Positions 10,392-16,816 of a stretch of 64,000 nucleotides of DNA are shown here, in pieces; positions within the stretch are counted from its first letter, which is position 1; every line of letters begins with the position of its first letter. The stretch comes from an uncultured Gammaproteobacteria bacterium (GTDB taxonomy: Bacteria > Pseudomonadota > Gammaproteobacteria > CAWCPV01), in assembly GCA_963797555.1 (NCBI GenBank), contig CAWCPV010000007.1:32001-96000 (forward strand), given 5' to 3'. A program made the translations under genes and the position numbers. The notes beneath the pieces are model-generated. The model did not search any database, had not been told where the DNA came from, and saw only the letters and a list, made by a program, of their open reading frames with translations.

Positions 10392-11358
10392 ATGGCCGTA
10401 TTCAAGCTGGGTTCGCGAGGCGAGGAGGTGCGCGCCATTCAACGCAAGCTCACGGAGTTGGGCGATTACCGGGGCCCCCTCGACGGCGACTTCGGGGGCG
10501 GGACGCAGGCTGCCGTGGCCGCATTCCAGCAGCGCAAAGGCCTGGAGCCGGACGGCAGCGTTGGATCGCAGACCTGGACGGCGCTTTTCGGGACCCAAAT
10601 CCCCGCTCCCGCCATCGGGACTCAGGCTCTCGTCTACCGTTGTCTTGCGCTCACCGGGACGTTCGAAACGGGAACCGCAGCCCCTGATTGCTTCTGCGGC
10701 ATCAGCGGCGACTTCGACGGCCAGGGCATCAGCTTCGGGGTGCTGCAGTGGAACTTCGGCCAGGGGTCGCTCCAGCCGCTGGTGAAGGACATGATGGACC
10801 GGCACCCGGAACGTCATCCGCGCAGTCTTCGGCGAATCCTATGAGCCCTTTGTCGAAGCCCTCAACTCCACCGGAGAAGAACTGCTCAACTTTGCGCGCT
10901 CCGTTCAGCACCCCGTCACGCACGGGATCTTCGAACCCTGGCGGGGATTCGCCAAATCGCTCGGGCGCACCCCCGAGTTCCAGGCCATCGAAACCGAGCA
11001 TGCTCAGGGCGTCTTTCAGCGGGCCTCGGCGTTGTCCCAAGAGTACGGATTATGGAGCGAGCGGGCTGTCGCTCTCATGTTCGACATCGTGACGCAAAAC
11101 GGCGGCATCGACCGCGTCACAAAGGCGCGCATCATGGCTGAGATCCAGGCGTTGCCGGCCACACTTTCCGACGAGGATCGGGAAACGCACAAGATGGAGA
11201 TCATCGCAAACCGCAGGGCGGAAGCGGCGAATCCGCGCTGGGTGGACAACGTCCGGGTCCGCAAGCTCTGCATCGCCCGCGGACAAGGCACCGTGCACGG
11301 GATTCCCTACCACCTCGACGATCAGTTCGGGATCGGGCTCAGGAGATACGCCGCCTGA
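10392..11358 (+). CDS. Peptidoglycan-binding domain protein with putative lysozyme-like C-terminal domain; frameshift near 10810
   Basis: GGAGGA RBS; PG_binding_1 motif (LGSRGEEV..IQ..L...DGDFG..T..AV..FQ...GL..DG.VG..TW); C-terminus has FE...GDFDGQGISFG.LQWN and continues in another frame to TGA 11358. Confidence 0.8.
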
Positions 11359-11623
11359 GATCTGCCGGTTAGGATTGTTCGCGGGCGGGCGGCACGGAGT
11401 CTGTTCCCAAGAAAGATGTTCGCTCGATGGCCCTGGTCTGGCCGCGCTTGCACGGTCAGACCAGGGGGTTGACGCGGACGTATGACTGTTCCGAGCCCCT
11501 AGCAGCCCGGCGCCGTGCACTTGAGGGTGCAGTAGCGGGCATCACGTAGCAGGGAAGGCGGGCCATGGCGGTTCAGGTCGTGAAGTGACTGCACGATGGA
11601 TAGCACAAATATCGTGTCTGACC

Positions 11624-11649
11624 CCATTACGCTTTCCCATTACGCTTTC
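11624..11649. repeat. 13-bp tandem duplication next to a TCTGACCCC motif
   Basis: CCATTACGCTTTC x2 at 11624-11636 and 11637-11649; TCTGACCCC at 11617-11625. Confidence 0.85.
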
Positions 11650-11729
11650 GCTGCATACGCTGTCGGCGCAGACATGAACAAAGCCGTAAGACATATAGCC
11701 ATCAATGATTTAAGATGTACGCGTTTCAT
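11640..11729 (-). pseudogene. Truncated gene of cassette 6 (signal peptide only)
   Basis: After attC5: AGGAGA RBS, then MKRVHLKSLMAICLTALFMSAPTAYAAKA*; the stop lies in a 13-bp tandem duplication and no attC follows. Confidence 0.7.
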
Positions 11730-11754
11730 CTTGCTTCTCCTATCTGATTGAGCG

Positions 11755-11825
11755 GCCTAACGCCAGAATTCAGCCGACCCGGCGCGGCTCTATCGCGCCG
11801 GGTCGGCTGGAATGACTAGTTAGGC
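11755..11825 (-). mobile_element. attC5 (71 bp)
   Basis: Minus strand: GCCTAAC-tagtc-ATTCCAGCCGACCCGGCGCG...CGCGCCGGGTCGGCTGAAT-tctggc-GTTAGGC; R'' and R' cores, extra C in L''. Confidence 0.93.
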
Positions 11826-12430
11826 CGGTACGTTAATCGGAAATGTTGGGCAACGATAGAAATGTTGCACGACCTACCCGGCTTAACGGGGGTTGTGGCA
11901 TGAAATGTCCGGACAAGCCAATCAGGGGCACCCTCGTTCACATACCTATAGGTATCTTCGCATCCCGTCCTGCACAGTGCATTCGACGAACTCGGTCCCA
12001 CATTGCATCCCCGGTTACAACCCTTCCTTGAGTTCATGCAGTCTAGCTGACAGTCATAGTGCTCCGGTTTCCCCCCAGACCAGCCACCAGAATCACGCGA
12101 TGCGCCACTATGTCCGGTGGGAGGTAGTCCAGCACACATTCCAATGCAGTCTATATTTTCAGAACTAATGCGATCAGGATATTCCTGATTACACCAAAGC
12201 GGACAGGCCTTGTCCAATCGTCCTTGTAACTCGGAAGACAAGGGATTGCCCTTGCTGCATTCGTTCCGAAGCGTACCTATGTCCAGCTGATACATCCCGT
12301 TCAGCGAAGGAAGCCTCGACCTCATCCTGGCGTCTTGTACTGCTTGAGGAACTGGATACCTAAAAGGCTCCGCTTGTGCCTGAATTGCAAGAAGAAGCCA
12401 AAATCCAATTGCTATAAAGTAACGTATCAT
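11816..12430 (-). CDS. Cassette 5: secreted cysteine-rich hypothetical protein (204 aa)
   Basis: AGGAGG RBS; signal peptide MIRYFIAIGFWLLLAIQAQA; 12 Cys; stop inside attC5. Confidence 0.8.
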   Translation of the reverse strand: MIRYFIAIGFWLLLAIQAQAEPFRYPVPQAVQDARMRSRLPSLNGMYQLDIGTLRNECSKGNPLSSELQGRLDKACPLWCNQEYPDRISSENIDCIGMCAGLPPTGHSGASRDSGGWSGGKPEHYDCQLDCMNSRKGCNRGCNVGPSSSNALCRTGCEDTYRYVNEGAPDWLVRTFHATTPVKPGRSCNISIVAQHFRLTYRPN

Positions 12431-12460
12431 TCTTCCTCCTATGCATCGTTCGGGCGTTCT

Positions 12461-12523
12461 TCCTAACGACAAGCTAACCGGCGCGCGGCCTTATCGCGCG
12501 TCCGGTTGAGCGGCTTGTTAGGC
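12461..12523 (-). mobile_element. attC4 (63 bp)
   Basis: Minus strand: GCCTAAC-aagcc-GCTCAACCGGACGCGCG-ataaggc-CGCGCGCCGGTTAGC-ttgtc-GTTAGGA. Confidence 0.92.
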
Positions 12524-12579
12524 TGCCTTGGCCGCTTGCTTGAATGCAAGACCGGATCGTATTTTTGGAGTTCACTATA

Positions 12580-13062
12580 TTACGGTTGTGCTACAGGGGC
12601 AGCGAAACAAGCATTAACATAGCGGTCTGCCAGTATCCAAAGCCCGTTGACCAAAATTTGAGTTCCATAGACATCTCGTCCTATAAGAACATATGGCTGT
12701 CTGTCGCCGACGGTCAGTAGTATAAATTTCTCGGCACCTGAATACCCGCCATAACTGTTCCTGGCGTTGACCATACCACAAGTGTTGCCATTTGCTGATC
12801 TAATCGACGAAAATCGTGCACTATCGGGATCCTTTAAATGAGCCTTAACGATAGCCAAATGCATTTTGATTTCAGATTCACCTTTAGCATTAGAATGATT
12901 GTTTGTACTCCCAATCTCTTTTTGATCACCCTCATCACATTGTACTTGTTGATATACGATTAATCCGTCTGGTTTTGTGCATTTGTAAGCTCCAACCGCG
13001 ATCATTGGAACCAATGAAATTGCAATGGCGCAGAACAATTTTATTTTGTTCATCTTTCTCAT
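12580..13062 (-). CDS. Cassette 4: secreted protein, DUF4124-like N-terminus plus LKDPDSA.F / CG.VNA.NSYGGY.G domain
   Basis: Signal peptide; YKCTKPDGLIVYQQVQC resembles DUF4124; AT-rich; bounded by attC3 and attC4. Confidence 0.8.
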   Translation of the reverse strand: MRKMNKIKLFCAIAISLVPMIAVGAYKCTKPDGLIVYQQVQCDEGDQKEIGSTNNHSNAKGESEIKMHLAIVKAHLKDPDSARFSSIRSANGNTCGMVNARNSYGGYSGAEKFILLTVGDRQPYVLIGRDVYGTQILVNGLWILADRYVNACFAAPVAQP

Positions 13063-13178
13063 CTCCCTCTGTTTAGGAAATTCAATGGGGAGGTGGTAGG
13101 CAGAGTATTGTCCCCGTCGGGAGTTCGCAGAAAGGGAACAAGCTCATGATGGAAGACGATGCACCGTATGGGACTGGT

Positions 13179-13271
13179 TCCTAACGCCTCACATCACCGG
13201 CAGCAAAAAGCAGAGCGACGAGGAACGAGGAGCGGCGCTTTTTGCTGTCCGAGTGTATGTGATTGTTAGGC
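13179..13271 (-). mobile_element. attC3 (93 bp)
   Basis: Minus strand: GCCTAAC...CACTCGGACAGCAAAAAGC...GCTTTTTGCTGCCGGTG...GTTAGGA; the stop of the upstream gene is the TAA of R''. Confidence 0.92.
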
Positions 13272-13853
13272 ATTTTCTTCGAATAGATTCAATAGCTTAT
13301 TTTCTTTTGTGCGGACTATGCCTGTTTGTAGAAAAGCAACGAAATCATCCTGTGTGCATTCTAGGGTTTCACATTCTTCGACTGCCGTTTTCTCGTTGTT
13401 TGGACGATAAACCTTGAATCGCACCAAGCCATGATCTATGCGTTGCCTTTTTACAACCAACCCATCAACGATTTCTTCTATTGGTTTTGACTTTCCTTTT
13501 TGATGAATTATTTTTAATTCCTTGTTTTGAACTTCAACTGTTTCGTAATTTACATAGCCTGAAGAAGATGCAAATTGCACTTGCACACTAAGTTTTAGGT
13601 CTTTTAAAGCTTCGCCCCATTCTTTATACGCATGTTTGGTATCATGAATAGTATCTCCTTCGTGGAAATCATATAACCGACCCTGCGTCCATAGCATTTC
13701 CTTTTTCTTTGCAAACATTCTTGGTGTCAATTTAATATCAAGCGCTTCCTTAAATGCCTCTGGAACTGCCATTTTCCAGCCAAGCGCAAAGCCATCCTTA
13801 AAGTTAGCAATCAGGGCGTACCCTCTATCATCTCGCCTTGCTTCAATATCCAC
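13266..13853 (-). CDS. Cassette 3 gene B: hypothetical protein (195 aa)
   Basis: GTG start overlaps the TAG of the SWIM gene (TAGTG); ends in attC3; AT-rich; no recognised motif. Confidence 0.8.
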   Translation of the reverse strand: MDIEARRDDRGYALIANFKDGFALGWKMAVPEAFKEALDIKLTPRMFAKKKEMLWTQGRLYDFHEGDTIHDTKHAYKEWGEALKDLKLSVQVQFASSSGYVNYETVEVQNKELKIIHQKGKSKPIEEIVDGLVVKRQRIDHGLVRFKVYRPNNEKTAVEECETLECTQDDFVAFLQTGIVRTKENKLLNLFEENA

Positions 13854-14197
13854 TATTTCAACCCCTCTTTCATTAAACGAGCAATCTTCTCTTTTTGACT
13901 TTTAACATTTTTCTTTGCCGTTTCGAGTGCTTTTTCGGATTCCTTGAGCTCTTGAACTAAATATGGGTAGCCAGATTCAGAGATCCATTTCGTTATTTTA
14001 TTGAAGTTTTCTTTTTGCTCTTCATCAAAAAGGATTCTTTCATCGGCTAATACGATTGCCATTTTATGTTTGCAATATTTTCCCCATTCACCAGCGGGGC
14101 AATCACAAAAAATTGATAGCCCAGATTCCGTTGATGAAACTGCTACTGCATACGGCTCATCTCTGCTACTACTTTTTACGAGTATTGTTGTTTCCAT
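13853..14197 (-). CDS. Cassette 3 gene A: SWIM zinc-finger protein with C-terminal coiled coil (114 aa)
   Basis: Y.V......CDCPAG.....CKH fits the CxCx(n)CxH SWIM motif. Confidence 0.85.
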   Translation of the reverse strand: METTILVKSSSRDEPYAVAVSSTESGLSIFCDCPAGEWGKYCKHKMAIVLADERILFDEEQKENFNKITKWISESGYPYLVQELKESEKALETAKKNVKSQKEKIARLMKEGLK

Positions 14198-14216
14198 GTG
14201 TGCGTTTCTTCTTGAT

Positions 14217-14347
14217 GCCTAACGCTTAGCTTCAGCCGCCCGCCGAGCAACGGAGAGCGGAACGCCGGACACCGCTGAGAGTGAGCAACGCCGCGAACCG
14301 AGGATACCGCAGGCGTAAGGCGGGTCGGCTGCAAGCACGAGTTAGGC
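14217..14347 (-). mobile_element. attC2 (131 bp)
   Basis: Minus strand: GCCTAAC-tcgt-GCTTGCAGCCGACCCGCC...GGCGGGCGGCTGAAGC-taagc-GTTAGGC. Confidence 0.9.
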
Positions 14348-14641
14348 AGGCTTGGATGGACCGCCAGACCGTCAAGTGACCCCCGAGCGTGACCGAGCAG
14401 GGGGTGGACGCTGCCGCCCCAGTCTCACCGAAGCCACCGGCCTACCTCCATCGAGTGCCACGGCGCAGCGGGCACGGCGCGCCTGACCACCGACCCCCCA
14501 AATCCTGTTCTCCGCGGAGCCCCCGAAGCGACCAGCGCCGGTGAGCAGCGCCGCGGGCACCGCCCAGTATCCCACGAAAGGTCCATTCTGCCACGGCGCC
14601 TGCTCCCCGTGAAATTGCTCGGCCGGAAAGCGCGGGCCTAA
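14223..14641 (-). mobile_element. Cassette 2: GC-rich cassette with no convincing self-contained gene
   Basis: Bounded by attC1 and attC2; internal ORFs are short, low-complexity and unrecognisable. Confidence 0.75.
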
Positions 14642-14690
14642 CGTCATGGTCAGCGGCGCCGATAGGCGTCCGCTGCACCTAAAGTTAGAG
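14636..14690 (-). mobile_element. attC1 (55 bp)
   Basis: Minus strand: CTCTAAC-tttag-GTGCAGCGGACGCC-tatc-GGCGCCGCTGACC-atgac-GTTAGGC; its R'' flank TTGCGCTCTAAC is complementary to the cassette start GTTAGAGCGCAA at attI. Confidence 0.92.
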
Positions 14691-14831
14691 CGCAATATCT
14701 CGACACCGGTAAATATTCTCCGCTTTTATCGACGACGGCTTTCGGAGCCAGGGGCGAATCTTCATCAAAGAAGTTGAAGCCCTTTGAGCCACGGTTACGA
14801 TATCTCAACACCGGTACCAGAGACCTCCCAT

Positions 14832-15152
14832 CTATTTCTTTTTTTTAGCGCATTCAACGATGCCGCCCAACAGTCCAGGATACTCGGCGGATTGCCACTC
14901 CCTCTTAATTACCTTGTACTCGCCGCCCTTGCAGGCGGCTGTTGCAGTGCGGTCCCATTTTGCATAGGTGTCTGCTCGATTGCCGGAAAATCCTCCGGCA
15001 GCCGCGATGTCGAATTGGCCGTTTCCGATGTCGGTGATCTCTCCGGTACCTCCACCTGTAAAGGTGTCGCGAACTTTGCCTGTTTGTGAGCAGGCCGTTT
15101 GCGACAACGCCATGACTATCAGAAGAGAAATCGTGCGGGTACTGTTTTTCAT
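14832..15152 (-). CDS. Cassette 1: small putative lipoprotein (106 aa)
   Basis: AAGGGAGA RBS; MKNSTRTISLLIVMALSQTAC signal with a non-canonical lipobox; two further Cys. Confidence 0.8.
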   Translation of the reverse strand: MKNSTRTISLLIVMALSQTACSQTGKVRDTFTGGGTGEITDIGNGQFDIAAAGGFSGNRADTYAKWDRTATAACKGGEYKVIKREWQSAEYPGLLGGIVECAKKKK

Positions 15153-15386
15153 AGTAATTCTCCCTTGGAAAAACCGACGTTGACTCGGACCAAGAAGATT
15201 GTCGGCGTTCTTCATGGTCAACGGAAATGAGTTGAGGGGCGCCGTGTCCGCTGGCGAAGCTACCTTGGTTTCCGGGGTTTTTCGATTCTGCCTGACAATA
15301 GCACGGCGCGTAAGCGAAAATGCATTTGTACTCCGGCGCTTACTTAGGGTAGGAGCGTTACATTTCAAAGAATCCTCGGCCTTGCG

Positions 15387-15400
15387 CTCTAACATGAAGT
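15387..15400 (-). mobile_element. attI recombination site (crossover G/TTAGAG at 15393/15392)
   Basis: GTTAGAGCGCAA matches the 12-nt inverse core of attC1; lies 145 bp upstream of the divergent intI. Confidence 0.88.
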
Positions 15401-15457
15401 CGACACCCTAAGTGGCGCCACAAATTCGTGCAACGGTGGCATGTAGCGTGCTATCCC

Positions 15458-15486
15458 TTGTCGGAATCCATTGTGAGGCTTATCAT
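15458..15486 (+). promoter_or_regulatory. Putative PintI sigma70 promoter
   Basis: TTGTCG-17 bp-TATCAT upstream of intI. Confidence 0.6.
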
Positions 15487-15519
15487 GTAGTCCCCCAAAC
15501 GAACCACTCTCTGCCCCGT

Positions 15520-15548
15520 CTTATACACCACCCCGTCATGGCCGACAA
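15520..15548 (-). promoter_or_regulatory. Putative cassette promoter Pc
   Basis: TTGTCG-17 bp-TATAAG on the minus strand, straddling the intI start and pointing at attI. Confidence 0.55.
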
Positions 15549-16503
15549 GCCCCGCCTGCTCGACCAGGTTCGCGAGAAGCTGCGGGTGAAGCATTATGCC
15601 ATCCGCACCGAGCGCGCGTACCTGGAGTGGATCAAACGCTTCATCCGTTTCCACGGCCTCAAACATCCCGCCTCGATGGGGGCGCAGGAGGTGGAGCGGT
15701 TTCTCAGCCATCTGGCGGTGGAGGGCAAGGTGGCGGCCTCGACGCAGAACCAGGCGCTTTCGGCGTTGGTGTTCCTGTACCGGGAGGTGTTGGGAGAGGA
15801 TCTCGGGTGGATGGACGATCTCACCCGCGCGAAGCGCCCGGCCCGGCTCCCGGTGGTGTTGACGCAAGCGGAGACACGGGCGCTCCTGGCGCGCCTGGAT
15901 GGGAGGAGCTGGATCATGGCGAGCCTGCTGTACGGGGCCGGTCTTCGGCTCATGGAGTGCGTGCGGCTGCGGGTGAAGGACGTGGACTTCGAGATGCGAC
16001 AGGTCACGGTGCGCGACGGCAAGGGGCAGAAGGACCGGGTGACGATGCTGCCGCAGTCGGTGGCGGAGCCCCTGCGGGTACACCTCACCAAGGTCAAGGC
16101 GCTGCACGAGGAGGACCTGGAGGCAGGCTTCGGTGAGGTGTACTTGCCGTTCGCGCTCGAGCGGAAGTACCGCGGCGCGCCCCGGGAGTGGGGGTGGCAG
16201 TACGTGTTCCCTGCCTCCCGCCGCTCGATGGATCCGCGTTCCGGCAAGGAGCGCCGGCATCACTTGGACGAGAAGTCCTTGCAGAGAGCGGTCAAAAAGG
16301 CGGTGCGCGAGGCGGGCATCGCCAAGCCCGCGAGCTGCCATACGCTGCGCCACTCCTTTGCCACGCACCTGCTGCAGTCGGGCTATGACATTCGCACGGT
16401 GCAGGAACTGCTCGGCCACAAGGATGTGAGCACGACGATGATCTACACCCACGTCCTCAACCGAGGCGGGAAAGGGGTGCGCAGCCCGCTGGACCAACTG
16501 TGA
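15538..16503 (+). CDS. intI: Integron integrase (321 aa)
   Basis: LLDQVR...HY..RTE..Y..WI..F, STQNQAL.AL.FLY, LYG.GLR, KG.KDR, the IntI patch VYLP.AL.RKY....EWGWQYVFP...[19 protein letters not shown] and [14 protein letters not shown]. Confidence 0.97.
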   Translation: MADKPRLLDQVREKLRVKHYAIRTERAYLEWIKRFIRFHGLKHPASMGAQEVERFLSHLAVEGKVAASTQNQALSALVFLYREVLGEDLGWMDDLTRAKRPARLPVVLTQAETRALLARLDGRSWIMASLLYGAGLRLMECVRLRVKDVDFEMRQVTVRDGKGQKDRVTMLPQSVAEPLRVHLTKVKALHEEDLEAGFGEVYLPFALERKYRGAPREWGWQYVFPASRRSMDPRSGKERRHHLDEKSLQRAVKKAVREAGIAKPASCHTLRHSFATHLLQSGYDIRTVQELLGHKDVSTTMIYTHVLNRGGKGVRSPLDQL

Positions 16504-16610
16504 TCCTGCGCGCGGGAGGACGGGGTCCAGCATGGGAGTATGCGGAGTGCTGGGCCTTGCGCTGAGGGTCGGCATGACCGTCAGCGGGGGTGCGGCTCTT
16601 GGCCGGCAGA

Positions 16611-16681
16611 GACCCGGCGGGTAGCATTCGGCACGTCCACAGGAGGCCCGAAGGGGTGGCGTACAGGGAGGTATGCGATGA
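16611..16681. repeat. Solo copy of the multi-hairpin element nested in MITE copy 2
   Basis: CATTCGGCACGTCCACAGGAGGCCCGAAGGGGTGGCGTACAGGGAGGTA matches the reverse complement of part of 21732-21806. Confidence 0.8.
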
Positions 16682-16816
16682 CCAGCGCAAGGTATCGCAG
16701 GGGCTGCTCGATGCTGCCGAGCGCGACGCGGCCTCCGGCGGCAGGACGCCGCGCCGTACACCTCCGGGCCGGGCCGCATTCCCCTTCATCCTCCTACCGA
16801 GAGCGGCAAGCGACCC

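Noticed and set aside
11755-14690. Spaced palindromes as a CRISPR array
   Set aside because: They differ in length and sequence, are separated by gene-sized segments, fit attC structure, and no cas genes are present.
15412-15537. 42-aa N-terminal extension of IntI given by the ORF track
   Set aside because: It overlaps the predicted promoters, and IntI similarity begins at [12 protein letters not shown] (15538).
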